The translations under genes were made by a program, and so were the position numbers. Below the pieces are notes generated by a model. The model had not been told where the DNA came from and ran no database searches. It saw only the letters and a program-made list of their open reading frames with translations. From Candidatus Aphodovivens avicola (GTDB lineage: Bacteria > Actinomycetota > Coriobacteriia > Coriobacteriales > Eggerthellaceae), in contig DVGW01000050.1 in the NCBI GenBank assembly GCA_018712515.1, forward strand, positions 1,119 to 65,118: a stretch of 64,000 bases of DNA, written 5' to 3'. Positions 1 to 9,215 of the stretch are shown here, piece by piece (positions within the stretch are counted from its first letter, which is position 1; each line of letters begins with the position of its first letter).

Positions 1-577
1 CGGCCACGGCGCCCAGACTGCCCAGCGCGGCGATGCCCGCGCGGGCCTGGAGCGCCGCCATCCTCGCGAACCGCGTCGCCGCGGCCCGCGATGCCCGGGC
101 CGTTCGGCGCGACGTCCGCGCGGCCTGGTGCGCCGAGCCGGCCGTCCTTGCCCGAGCAGCCCCCTGTGCGCGGCTGCGCACGCTGGAGCGGGCCGCTTCC
201 GCCGCCCGCCTTCCCATGCGGGCCTCGCTGCGGCGGCGGATGTCGCGTATCGGCGCTTCGCGCTCGGTCTCGTCCCTGCTGCTCTTGCTCCGTCCTGCGC
301 CCATGCCCGCGCGGCACTCCATCGCCGTCCTGCGCCCTGGAGCCCTCCCGAACGCGCGAACACCTTTCCGCAGGGTTCTTGCGCCGAGCTGCGCGATGCG
401 ATCCGATTCCCTCTGGGCGGCCGACCATTCTCCCTCCGTCTCTTCGCCGGATCCGCGGCTCCCGACGACGCCCTTCGTGGTAACGGATGCCTGCCTCACG
501 GCCTGTCCGAGCAGGACCCCTCGGTCAAGCTCCTTTATCCCCCTCGTGGCGGCGCGCTTCTTGATGTCGGTCGGCAA
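1..577 (-). CDS. Conjugative-element protein, N-terminal part (partial; continues past position 1)
   Basis: My own translation. RBS GAAGGAG (584-590), 6-nt spacer, TTG at 577. The frame stays open to position 1 with GC-rich third positions. It lies immediately downstream of the VirB4-like gene in the same operon. No family assignment. Confidence 0.4.
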   Translation of the reverse strand, partial: MPTDIKKRAATRGIKELDRGVLLGQAVRQASVTTKGVVGSRGSGEETEGEWSAAQRESDRIAQLGARTLRKGVRAFGRAPGRRTAMECRAGMGAGRSKSSRDETEREAPIRDIRRRSEARMGRRAAEAARSSVRSRAQGAARARTAGSAHQAARTSRRTARASRAAATRFARMAALQARAGIAALGSLGAVA

Positions 578-592
578 ATCCCGCTCCTTCCC

Positions 593-2902
593 TCACTCTC
601 CTGGCTTGGTGGTCATCAGCCGGTAGAGCTCCGTGTCCTTCGGGAACCGGTTCACGAACGGCACCAGCGCGCTGCCGTAGCGGAGCAGACCGCAGCCCGC
701 ATCGGCGTTGGTGATGTAGCCCATCTGCTCGCGGCTGATGCTGAGGAGCTTGCCCAGCTTCTCGCGGTCGGCCGCCGCCTGGTTGAGCATCACGATGAAC
801 TCCGAGTTCGACAGCATCGTGGAGGCAAGCACCGAGTCGAGCAGGTACTCCACGTTCTGCGTGATGGCAGTGGGGAACGCGTTGCGCTTGCGGAAGCGCC
901 GCCACGCGCTGTTGAAGAACGCACCCGAGTACTCGTTCTCGAATACGACGTGGAACTCGTCGATAACGATGTGCGTGCGCTTGCCCGCGCGCCAGTTGTC
1001 GGTGACGCGGTTGATCATGGCGTCGGTGATGACGAGCAGCCCCATGGTCTTCAGCTGCCGTCCGAGCTCCATGATGTCGTACACGAGCAGGCGGCTCCTC
1101 GTGTCTACGTTGGTGGGGTGGGCGAACGCGTCCAGCGTGCCCGAGGTGAACAGCTCCAGCGACAGCGCGAGCTCGCGCGCCTCGTCCTCCGGCTGCGCGA
1201 GCAGCTTGTCCCGGAGGTGGACGAGCGTCGGCGGCTCACCGCCGCACAGGTAGTCGGCGTACACGGCGGAGGTACAGCGGTCGACGATGGACTTGGCTTG
1301 TGGCCCGAGCCCCCGACGGTCGAGCTGCTCGAACAGGGAGAGGACGAACTCGCTCTTGTCGGCCACCGGGTTGCCTCCCTCGCCGTAGCCCTCCACCATG
1401 TCCATCGCGTTGATGTGATGAGGGCTGCCCGCAGCTATGCGCACCACCTCGCCGCCAAGGGCCTCGACGAGGCTCGCGTACTCTCGCTCCGGGTCGCAGA
1501 TGATGATGTCGTCGTCGGTGGAGAGCGCCAGCATGGCTATGAGCTCCTTGGTCGAGAAGCTCTTGCCGGATCCCGGCACGCCCAGGATGAAAGCGTTGGG
1601 GTTCAGCAGCCTGGACTTGTCGCAGAGGATGGGGTTGCGGGAGATGGCGTTCTCGCCGAACCACACCCCGCCCTCGTCCATGATCTCCTGCACGCGGAAC
1701 GGCATGAGCACCGCCAGGCTCTCCGTGGTGAGCGTCCGCACCGCGTCTATTCTGCGCAGCCCTATTGGCAGCGCGGTGGACAGCCCGTCGAGCTGCTGGA
1801 AGCGGAGCACCGCCAGGCGGCACAGGTGCTTGCGCGCGCAGGACAGCAGCGCCTCCGTGTCGGCATCGAGCTGCTCGGGGGTATCCGCGAAATGGGCGAG
1901 CGTGACCGTGGCGAGCATCATGCGCTGGTCGCGCGACACCAGGTCGTCGAGGAATTCCCGGCTCTCCTTGCGCTGCTGCTCCATGTCGTAAGGGACGACC
2001 ACGTTGAAGTTCATGTTCGCGTTCTGCCGCCTCGTCCAGTTGGTTATGTTGGTCTCCACGCCGAGCAGCCGCTTCTCCACCTCCCTCACCGCCTCGTCCG
2101 TGGGCACGGGCGACACGTCGATGGAGAGCGCCAGCGGGCGCTTAAGGTCGGTGAGCTCGGACACGAAACCGTCGTCGATATATGAGGCGTAGTCAGCAAG
2201 GTAGAGCACGCGCGCCCACCGTCCGCCTACCTGGAGGCGGTCCGAACGGACCCCCACGCCTTCCGGCGCGACGGCATCCTTGAACGAATGGCCCCTCCGC
2301 ATGCTGGAGCGCATGTCGAAGGCGAACTCCCCGTCGCCCCGGTAGAAGCCATGGAGCAGCCGCAGCTTGTCCTCCGCCCGCAGCTCGTCGCAGCGGGCCC
2401 CGAGGCGGGCGAGGTGCGACCCCATCTCTGCGGATGCGCGGTTGAAGTACGCGCGCGCCTCCTGGACGCCCTTGCGCTCGACCGCAGCGGTCACGTAAAT
2501 CTCCCGCACCACGGCGTCGGCACCGGTCGCCTTCTCCACGAGCATGCCGTTGATCTCGTCCCTGTAGCGGTCGAGGCCGTCGTCCTTGCGGGGGATCAGC
2601 GCGCTCCGCCCGAACGCCTCGGCGTCGAGCCTGCGCACCGCGACGGTGATCTTCGTCTGGGCGTCGGAGTCGAACGAGTTGAGCAGTCCTGAGTAGTCGA
2701 GGAACATCGCTTCCTTGTCCTCCTTGGACGCGGCGGCGTAGTTCACGTCGCTCACCCTCCACGTCTTGGCGAATCGGCGGTCGTCGGTGAGGAACACGCC
2801 GTCGGGCCACACGCGGCGCACGGGCACGGCGTCCTGGGAGGTGCGGGGCGGCTTGAATCGGGCTCCCTTGCCCTTGCGGAGCCTCGTGGAGACGTTAGGC
2901 AC
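593..2902 (-). CDS. VirB4-like conjugal transfer ATPase (T4SS)
   Basis: 769 aa. Walker A GVPGSGKSF, Walker B-like HIVIDEFH. GTG start preceded by GGGAGG. Overlaps the prgI-like stop. Confidence 0.9.
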   Translation of the reverse strand: MPNVSTRLRKGKGARFKPPRTSQDAVPVRRVWPDGVFLTDDRRFAKTWRVSDVNYAAASKEDKEAMFLDYSGLLNSFDSDAQTKITVAVRRLDAEAFGRSALIPRKDDGLDRYRDEINGMLVEKATGADAVVREIYVTAAVERKGVQEARAYFNRASAEMGSHLARLGARCDELRAEDKLRLLHGFYRGDGEFAFDMRSSMRRGHSFKDAVAPEGVGVRSDRLQVGGRWARVLYLADYASYIDDGFVSELTDLKRPLALSIDVSPVPTDEAVREVEKRLLGVETNITNWTRRQNANMNFNVVVPYDMEQQRKESREFLDDLVSRDQRMMLATVTLAHFADTPEQLDADTEALLSCARKHLCRLAVLRFQQLDGLSTALPIGLRRIDAVRTLTTESLAVLMPFRVQEIMDEGGVWFGENAISRNPILCDKSRLLNPNAFILGVPGSGKSFSTKELIAMLALSTDDDIIICDPEREYASLVEALGGEVVRIAAGSPHHINAMDMVEGYGEGGNPVADKSEFVLSLFEQLDRRGLGPQAKSIVDRCTSAVYADYLCGGEPPTLVHLRDKLLAQPEDEARELALSLELFTSGTLDAFAHPTNVDTRSRLLVYDIMELGRQLKTMGLLVITDAMINRVTDNWRAGKRTHIVIDEFHVVFENEYSGAFFNSAWRRFRKRNAFPTAITQNVEYLLDSVLASTMLSNSEFIVMLNQAAADREKLGKLLSISREQMGYITNADAGCGLLRYGSALVPFVNRFPKDTELYRLMTTKPGE

Positions 2903-3260
2903 GGCCGCCTCCCTTCCCGCCGCGGGCGCGCCGGCGCCCAGCGCCCGCGGCGCCGGCGTAGAGGTTCCGGGGCCTCGAGGGGAGCTCCCTCGGGGTGAGG
3001 AGCTCCGACTTGACCCACGCCCACGCCGCGCGCTCCGCCGTCATCCCATGCCAGGTGACGAATCCCAGCGCCGCGAACGGCGCGGCGCCCAGCACGCAGA
3101 TCCAGGAGAGCGTCTCCAGCCCCAGCCAGGGCGACAGGCCGAAATACAGCCCGACTGCGGTGGCGCACGCCAGGACGGCGAACGCGCACTGCCGCAGCGA
3201 GAGGCCGAAGAACACCCCCTCCGTGTAATCCCGTATCTCCCGGTTGACCTTCACTTCCAT
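2895..3260 (-). CDS. PrgI family small membrane protein of Gram-positive T4SS
   Basis: 121 aa. N-terminus REIRDYTEGVFFGLSLRQ followed by two TM helices. RBS AAAGGAG before ATG 3260. Confidence 0.8.
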   Translation of the reverse strand: MEVKVNREIRDYTEGVFFGLSLRQCAFAVLACATAVGLYFGLSPWLGLETLSWICVLGAAPFAALGFVTWHGMTAERAAWAWVKSELLTPRELPSRPRNLYAGAAGAGRRRARGGKGGGRA

Positions 3261-3284
3261 GCGAGTCTCCTTTCATCGGCATAG

Positions 3285-3293
3285 TGATATAAT
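3285..3293 (+). promoter_or_regulatory. Extended -10 promoter element TGaTATAAT for the plus-strand cassette
   Basis: Exact TGnTATAAT read at 3285-3293, 46 nt upstream of ATG 3339. The 10-bp perfect palindrome TGTACGTACA at 3303-3312 lies between it and RBS GAAGGAGG (3320-3327). Confidence 0.5.
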
Positions 3294-3338
3294 GCGAACA
3301 GTTGTACGTACATGTGAAAGAAGGAGGCTTTCCCTCAC

Positions 3339-3785
3339 ATGAAGCTTTCTTTTGAGATTCCAAACGACGCAGACGGGTTCTCCCCTGCTCAGTGCCCGTT
3401 ATGCAGCGAAAGGTTTGCTATCGACCCCGTTGAGGCAGAAAGCGAATCGGTTCTCGAGATCAGATGCCCAAAATGCGGAATGGCATCTGATACCTTCATC
3501 CCAGAAGAAATCGAGGAAGCCATTGAGGCGCGAATCGGCAATGCCGTTATAGACGCAATAAACAAAGAGATGAAAAAAGCCGAAAGAAGAAGCCGGGGCA
3601 AAGCTGTGCGTTTCAGGGCGAACGAAATCAAGTCGAAGCCCGAACCGAAGATTATCCCTGAAATAAGCGATCTTGATGTCGTTTTGTGCGCGCATTGCCG
3701 CAGACGTTCAAAGGTGTCCGCGTCCCTGTCGTTCTCAGCATGGACATGTCCGTATTGCGGGGTGACCAATTTCAATGAGCAATGA
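3339..3785 (+). CDS. Double zinc-ribbon protein, function unknown (cargo gene 1)
   Basis: 148 aa. CxxC pairs at C19/C22 + C43/C46 and C117/C120 + C137/C140 flank a K/R-rich segment. Lower GC than the flanks. Opposite strand to the T4SS operon. Confidence 0.6.
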   Translation: MKLSFEIPNDADGFSPAQCPLCSERFAIDPVEAESESVLEIRCPKCGMASDTFIPEEIEEAIEARIGNAVIDAINKEMKKAERRSRGKAVRFRANEIKSKPEPKIIPEISDLDVVLCAHCRRRSKVSASLSFSAWTCPYCGVTNFNEQ

Positions 3786-4593
3786 TACGACCTTGAGAAA
3801 GACACTTTTCCTCTTTCATGCGCAGGCGAGCCGATTCATGAGATCGACGTCCGGCCAGTTTAAGGAAAACCTTGCGACATTCCTCAGGTTCCTTGAGGAA
3901 GAGCCCATGATCTGCGAGTACGTTAATGGCTGCCTGGATATTTCGACGATGAGCGAAGCCGATGCCGAATCCATGGTAGATCGTGCAAGGCAAAGCGCAT
4001 GGTCGCCGTTCGAAGTGGTCGGAGGGACCACCGAAGACGAAGTTGCCAGGATACTGTTTATTCTTCGCGACATGAGGCGAAGGGGGATCGATGGCGCCGA
4101 TCTTTTCTTCTACAGGTACGGACACGGCTCGAGGAAATACGATGTCATGGTGGGAAACTTCCTTAAAGAAGTCGCTTTCCTCCTTATCGAACATATCGAG
4201 AACCACCTAAAGATGAAGGGGATCGAGATGGGTTTAGACCAGAAAGGCCAGCAAATCGTCACCGTCGAGGGGTCAAGCGACGTGCAGATAGTGGCGGCAT
4301 CAGGATCGGCGTCAATTACCGGCAACCAGTCGTTCGTATCGTCCAATCCTGAAATCGAAAACGAAATTGCCGCTCTGCGGGAAATCGCCATGTCTCTTGC
4401 CGAGGAGGACAAGGGGATGGTTCTTTACAACGTACAAGTGCTAGAGGAGCAGGCGAAGTCGGGGCATCCTGTAAAGGCTGCAGTTGCAACGGCTCTCGGT
4501 GCGATTAAGAAAGTAGGCTCCGCTTGTGCCTCCAGCGCACAGGTTCTTGCCCTCGTTGATAGGATAGAGGAGTTTTTCAGCCCCTTTTTCTAA
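3775..4593 (+). CDS. Hypothetical soluble protein, 272 aa (cargo gene 2)
   Basis: ATG 3775 overlaps gene 1 by 11 nt, which suggests translational coupling. No TM segment and no motif I can assign. Lower GC than the flanks. Confidence 0.6.
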   Translation: MSNDTTLRKTLFLFHAQASRFMRSTSGQFKENLATFLRFLEEEPMICEYVNGCLDISTMSEADAESMVDRARQSAWSPFEVVGGTTEDEVARILFILRDMRRRGIDGADLFFYRYGHGSRKYDVMVGNFLKEVAFLLIEHIENHLKMKGIEMGLDQKGQQIVTVEGSSDVQIVAASGSASITGNQSFVSSNPEIENEIAALREIAMSLAEEDKGMVLYNVQVLEEQAKSGHPVKAAVATALGAIKKVGSACASSAQVLALVDRIEEFFSPFF

Positions 4594-4598
4594 GCCTC

Positions 4599-5438
4599 TC
4601 ACAGCCCCATCATCTCCCGCACCACGCGGTCGGCCATCCTGACCATGCCCGTGAGCACCAGCATGTTGAACACGAGTTCGCCGACGTAGGACCACACCTG
4701 GGTCACCACGGGCGCCTCGGCGTCCACCACGGGGGGCGCCGAGGCGAACAGCGAGAAGATCACGCAGGCGAGCAGGATGACCGCGCCCTCCAGGCATACC
4801 GCCCCGTAGCTCTTGAGGAATGCCTTGCCGACGGACTGGCTCGGCTCCCCGGCGAAGGTGGACAGGGGTATCGGCGCGAGCGCGGTGTACATATATATCT
4901 TGAAGAACCTGCCGTAGACCGACAGGATCATGACGAACGAGAGCACCGTGATGAACAGGCCGCCGAGCAGCGTGACCGCCCAGAGCGGTATGGAGTTGAG
5001 GAAGTCCACTCCTTCGATGGCTTCTATCATCTCGGGCGGCAGCGCGCTCGGAGACGTCGAGGAGAACCCCACGGCGTCCATCATCGACGCTATGAGACCC
5101 TGCACCACGTCGAGGAACGCCATCATGAGCTCCAGCCCGTACACGACGGCTGCGTGGGCCAGCACGAACCTCACGAAGAGCTTCAGCACGACTTCAGGGC
5201 GCTTGACCTCGGTGAAGGAGCCGCAGGTCTTCACGAGGCCCGACAGGAAGAACAGGACGAGCAGCGCGATTCCCACCGCCTGCACGGCGCCGTGGATGGA
5301 GAGGATCGCGTCCCAGATCCCTCCGCCCTTGAACTCGGAGGGAGCCGCGGTGAGCAGTCCCACTATCTCGCCCATCTTCTCGTTCCATGTGTCGAGCGCG
5401 CCCTGGAGGTTGTGCACTATCCAGTTGTCGGATTCCAA
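4599..5438 (-). CDS. Polytopic T4SS membrane protein (VirB6/TrbL-like role)
   Basis: 279 aa with about 6 hydrophobic helices. TTG start with RBS AAAGGAGG. Placed between Maff2 and PrgI as in Gram-positive ICEs. Confidence 0.6.
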   Translation of the reverse strand: MESDNWIVHNLQGALDTWNEKMGEIVGLLTAAPSEFKGGGIWDAILSIHGAVQAVGIALLVLFFLSGLVKTCGSFTEVKRPEVVLKLFVRFVLAHAAVVYGLELMMAFLDVVQGLIASMMDAVGFSSTSPSALPPEMIEAIEGVDFLNSIPLWAVTLLGGLFITVLSFVMILSVYGRFFKIYMYTALAPIPLSTFAGEPSQSVGKAFLKSYGAVCLEGAVILLACVIFSLFASAPPVVDAEAPVVTQVWSYVGELVFNMLVLTGMVRMADRVVREMMGL

Positions 5439-5472
5439 GCTGCGGCCTCCTTTCGGGACGTTGCGTTTCGAG

Positions 5473-5811
5473 TTACCCCACGATCAGGTCGAGGATTTCC
5501 TTGGCGAACGTGATGATCACGCCGCCCGCGAGCGTAAGGAATCCGTTCGCGCGCTGGGAGGGGTCGTGGCTTTTGAGGGACAGCCCGACCTGCACCACCC
5601 CGAACCCGAGCAGGATGAGGCCTATGGCCCTGATGAGGCCGAATATGAACGTGGATAGGTTCTCCACTGCGGCGAGGGGGTCGGTGACTGCGAACGCCGC
5701 GCCCGCGGGGACGAGTGCGAGCAACGAGACGGACCAGACGACGAGTGCCGCGCGAGCGAGCAGCCGCGTCCTTCCCGCGCGCGCGGCTGCCGGCTTTTCT
5801 TCTCTTTCCAT
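5473..5811 (-). CDS. Maff2 family mobile-element protein
   Basis: 112 aa. Signal/TM region, then AVTDPLAAVENLSTFIFGLIRAIGLILLGFGVVQ, typical of Maff2. Confidence 0.8.
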   Translation of the reverse strand: MEREEKPAAARAGRTRLLARAALVVWSVSLLALVPAGAAFAVTDPLAAVENLSTFIFGLIRAIGLILLGFGVVQVGLSLKSHDPSQRANGFLTLAGGVIITFAKEILDLIVG

Positions 5812-5814
5812 AGG

Positions 5815-7620
5815 CTATTCTCCTTCCTTTGCTCCCGCCGCCTCGGCGGCGAGAAGCTCTTCCGTTTCGGTCTCGTCGAGGACGACGGCGCCTCCGGTCG
5901 ACTGGAGGACGGGTGCGGCGGGGGCCGGAGGGGCGCCCGCCGCCACGCTGGCGGTCGCCCTGTCGCACCTTCCGTGCTCGTAGGGGGCCGCCCCTCCGGC
6001 GGCGGTGAGGCGCGCGTTGGGGTGGCGCGATATGTCCAGCTTGAAGTCGAGCATGGGACGCTCGCCGCGCACGAACAGCAGCGCGCGGGAGTTGTCGAGC
6101 ATGCACACCTCGTCGGAGGTCATGAGCTCGCGGCCCGCGATCTGCTGGTTGGTGGACCAGCTGCCGCCCCGTCCGGTGCTCTTCGCGTGCGTGTCCAGGT
6201 CTATGGTCTCCTTGCCCAGCAGCTCGCTTACGTACTTGTGGGTGGACTGCTCGTTTCCGCCCAGGTACAGGAACTCGTCGCAGTTGCCCACGATGGACTC
6301 CCACTGCTTGTCGAACAGCGCCTTGATCTGGGCCATGTTCTGGATGATGATCGACGCCGACACGCCGCGGCCGCGCATGGTGGACAGTATCTTCTCGAAG
6401 TCGTCGGGCAGGCTCACGTTGGCGAACTCATCCATCAGGAAGTGCACGTGGACGGGCAGCTGGCCGCCGTACTTGCCGTCGGCGAGCGCGAACAGCTGCT
6501 GGAACAGCTGGGTGTAGAGCATTGACACGATGAAGTTGAAGCTGGTGTCGTTGTCGGGTATCACCGCGAACAGGGCCGCCTTCCGCTCGCCGAGCGAGGG
6601 CAGGTCGAGCTCGTCGGCGGCGGTGAGCGACGCCAGGCCGTCGAGGTTGAACTTCTCGAGCCTCGAGGCGAGCGTCACCTGGATGGATTTGAGGGTCTTA
6701 GCCGATCCCGACCGGTAGCTACGGTAGTACTTCAGCGCGATGTGGCCGGGGTCCCTCATCTCCAGCCGGTCGAACAGCTCGTCGAGGACGGACGCGTAAT
6801 CGTCGTCGTCCTCGCGCACCTCGCCCGCGCGCAGCATCTCCATGAGGGTGGCGTAGTTCTGCTCCTCGGGCGGGGCCTCGTGCTTCAGGTAGAGCAGCAA
6901 CGCCAGGTGCAGCATGCCCGCGGCCGTGTCCCAGAAGGGGTCCTGGCTCTGCGAGCCCTTCGGCGTGGTCGCCTTGAACAGGTTGGTGTTGAGCCGCTGG
7001 GCGTCGGCGTCGTCGCGCACGTAGGCGAGCGGGTTGTAGCAGTGCGACCTGCCCATGTCCACGAGGTCGAGCACCCTCACCTCGAAGCCCTTGGCCTCGA
7101 GCAGGCCGCCCACGGTGCGCACGATCTCGCCCTTGGGGTCGAGCACCACCATCGACACGTTTCCCTGCGCGGCGTTGGGCAGGCAGAACCCGCGCGTCTT
7201 GCCCGCGCCGGAGCCGCCCACCACGAGCGTGTTCATGGACCTGCGGTGCGCGTGCGTGTCGTAGCTCATGCGGAAGCTGCGGGTGAGCAGCTTGTCGCCG
7301 GAGGGGTCGCGCCCGCGGTATCGCCGGGCTATGGCGCGCGGGTCCCCCCACTCGGCGCTGCCGTGCTCCTCGCCGGGACGCAGGTTTCTCCTGGTGAGCA
7401 GATACGCCCCCGCGCACGCCGCGTAGACGGCGGCGAACAGGGCGGCGCAGCGCGCGCTGCCCGGGACGAGCCCGGCCGAAAGCGGGTCGGCGAGGGACGC
7501 CGCGAGCGCGGGGAGCGAGAGCCCGCCTTCGAGCGCGGGCGCGACGACGAGGCCGGCCAAGGCGGCGAGGGGCGTGCCCGCCGCCCAGGCGGCGACCTTC
7601 CCCGCCGAGGGCCGCCTCAT
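5815..7620 (-). CDS. Type IV coupling protein (VirD4/TraG family)
   Basis: The track ORF 5815..8406 is trimmed to ATG 7620 (MRRPSAGKV), which overlaps the upstream stop as ATGA. N-terminal TM helices, Walker A VVGGSGAGKT, Walker B FLMDEFAN. Confidence 0.9.
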   Translation of the reverse strand: MRRPSAGKVAAWAAGTPLAALAGLVVAPALEGGLSLPALAASLADPLSAGLVPGSARCAALFAAVYAACAGAYLLTRRNLRPGEEHGSAEWGDPRAIARRYRGRDPSGDKLLTRSFRMSYDTHAHRRSMNTLVVGGSGAGKTRGFCLPNAAQGNVSMVVLDPKGEIVRTVGGLLEAKGFEVRVLDLVDMGRSHCYNPLAYVRDDADAQRLNTNLFKATTPKGSQSQDPFWDTAAGMLHLALLLYLKHEAPPEEQNYATLMEMLRAGEVREDDDDYASVLDELFDRLEMRDPGHIALKYYRSYRSGSAKTLKSIQVTLASRLEKFNLDGLASLTAADELDLPSLGERKAALFAVIPDNDTSFNFIVSMLYTQLFQQLFALADGKYGGQLPVHVHFLMDEFANVSLPDDFEKILSTMRGRGVSASIIIQNMAQIKALFDKQWESIVGNCDEFLYLGGNEQSTHKYVSELLGKETIDLDTHAKSTGRGGSWSTNQQIAGRELMTSDEVCMLDNSRALLFVRGERPMLDFKLDISRHPNARLTAAGGAAPYEHGRCDRATASVAAGAPPAPAAPVLQSTGGAVVLDETETEELLAAEAAGAKEGE

Positions 7621-8483
7621 CGCGCGTCCGATCTCTCGCGGCCCCGCTCGGGCGGGGCCATCCTGTCGGACAGGTCGCGCGCGGCCCTGCCGATCTCGTC
7701 GAGCGCGGCCCGCACCTCCCGCGCATCCGCCCCCGGCGGGGCGGGGGGCGCCAAGGCGGCGGGCTCGCCGAGGCCGAGGCGCCGGGCGACGATGTTCGCG
7801 GCCAGGTCCGCCTGCGCCGCGCGGGCGTCCCGGTCGTAGCCCTCTCCGCCTCGGGCCATGGCCGCATGCGCCGCCTCCGTCGTGAGCGCGCGGAGCAGCT
7901 GCGGCTCGTCGAGGCCTCGCTGCACCCGGATGACGCCGGCGGCGTGGTCGTATTCCGCGGAGGGCCCGCCGAGATCGTCCGAGGGCTCTATCCTGGCGGG
8001 AGGGTGGGATACGAGGGAGGCGAGCGCGGCGTGGGGGTCGGCTTTGCGCGGCAGGCGGGCGCGCGCGGTCGTCTGCGAGACGTCGAACACCTTGCGCACG
8101 TCGTACAGGACTCCGATGCTCCCGTCGTCGCGCACGTACTCCTTCGTGGGCTCTATGATGTGGATGGCCTTCTCCCCGCGTTTCACCGCCGCGCCCAGTC
8201 TCCGCCAGTGGTCGGCGGTGCCGACGCGCGTCGCGCCCGGCATCCTGTCGGCTATGAGCAGGATGTTGGTCGCGGAATGGTGCGGGAGCGCCGCGGCGAC
8301 GCGCAGGTACGATTCGAGCGCGGCCGGGTCGGAGTTCGCCCGGAGGGCGGCGGCGTCCGCCCGCGCGAACGCCTCCTGCCGCTCCTGCCGCTTCCGCTCC
8401 GCCCACGCCCGCTTGTCGAAGGGCTGGGCCCCCGGCGGGCCCTCCGCCCGCGTCCCCATCATCTCGTAGATGTCGCTTTCCAT
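7617..8483 (-). CDS. ArdC-N (DUF1738-like) ssDNA-binding domain protein
   Basis: 288 aa. The pattern HWRRLGAAVKRGEKAIHIIEP...VFDVSQT matches the ArdC N-terminal domain signature. Confidence 0.7.
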   Translation of the reverse strand: MESDIYEMMGTRAEGPPGAQPFDKRAWAERKRQERQEAFARADAAALRANSDPAALESYLRVAAALPHHSATNILLIADRMPGATRVGTADHWRRLGAAVKRGEKAIHIIEPTKEYVRDDGSIGVLYDVRKVFDVSQTTARARLPRKADPHAALASLVSHPPARIEPSDDLGGPSAEYDHAAGVIRVQRGLDEPQLLRALTTEAAHAAMARGGEGYDRDARAAQADLAANIVARRLGLGEPAALAPPAPPGADAREVRAALDEIGRAARDLSDRMAPPERGRERSDAR

Positions 8484-8486
8484 GGG

Positions 8487-9215
8487 CTACCTTCCTTTCT
8501 CCGCTGCGCGCGGCCTCGCCCCGCGCCCGCCCGCCGGCGCCTTCCTGCCGGCGGCGATGGACGCCATCTCGGCCCTGACCGACGGCTTCCCCCCGTTGCG
8601 GGGGATCGGTTCACCAGCCCCTCCTGATGGCCGACTTCTCCCGGATGTAGGCTCTGACCGAGTCCCTTTCCCCGGGCGGTCTGCTAAAGGGGCGCCGCCC
8701 TCCTTCGCCGGAGGGGCGAGCAGGTCCTCGAGAGAGGGGGCGTCCGTGGCCCGATGAGGGCTCGGCACCTCCGGCTCGGGCGCGCTCTCCGAAGGTTCCC
8801 CGGGGCCGTTCCGGCTTCCTGGCCCCCTCGGGGGCGCGTCGCGGGCGACGCGGGCGAACCCGTGCCGCTCGGCTATGCGGTTCACCTTGCTCGCGTCCTC
8901 GGCCCGCACCAGCAGGTCGACCGATTCGGAATCGTCCTTCTGCTTGACGACGGTGTACACGATGCCGTAGCGGCGCGCCTCCCGGGCGAAGGTGCCCAGG
9001 TCGGCGCGCCGTATCGGGAACACGCGCAGCTCCTTGCCCGACCGGAGGAGCGCGGCGAGCCGCGCCTTGCCGCGCGTCTTCTGGCTGCTCGCCATCGCGG
9101 CCGCCAGCATCGCGGCGGCGTCCCTAGCGCCCGCTCCCGTGATGCGCAGCGCCACCTCGGCGCCTTGGAGGGTCATGCGCACGATCTGGTCAGCGGCTTC
9201 GCTCGATGCGTCCAT
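8487..9215 (-). CDS. PcfB family (DUF3801) protein
   Basis: 242 aa. N-terminal region QIVRMTLQGAEVALRITG...LRVFPIRRADLGTFAREARRYGIVYTVV is typical of PcfB. Low-complexity tail. Confidence 0.8.
   Translation of the reverse strand: MDASSEAADQIVRMTLQGAEVALRITGAGARDAAAMLAAAMASSQKTRGKARLAALLRSGKELRVFPIRRADLGTFAREARRYGIVYTVVKQKDDSESVDLLVRAEDASKVNRIAERHGFARVARDAPPRGPGSRNGPGEPSESAPEPEVPSPHRATDAPSLEDLLAPPAKEGGAPLADRPGKGTRSEPTSGRSRPSGGAGEPIPRNGGKPSVRAEMASIAAGRKAPAGGRGARPRAAEKGR

Noticed and set aside
128-2185. A 685-aa plus-strand ORF, together with similar long ORFs such as 6742..7839(+), 9514..10566(+), 16671..18734(+), 21956..24346(+), 33888..34898(-), 42739..44667(-), 46106..49777(-), 49879..51522(-), 53271..55043(-), 57127..59097(-) and 59662..61017(-).
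   Set aside because: These are shadow frames of a high-GC genome. Their translations are Arg/Ala/Gly/Pro/His-rich low complexity with no motifs, and each is fully overlapped by an opposite-strand or alternate-frame CDS with clear family signatures and RBS-supported starts.
5815-8406. Long N-terminal extensions of track ORFs: the coupling protein 5815..8406, the hydrolase 21674..24793, the sortase 24049..25038, ParA 25930..27333, MobC 10541..11833 and others.
   Set aside because: The extensions are Arg/Pro-rich, overlap the real upstream genes, and lack RBSs. Internal starts with Shine-Dalgarno sequences coincide with the beginning of the recognisable domains, often as ATGA stop/start overlaps.
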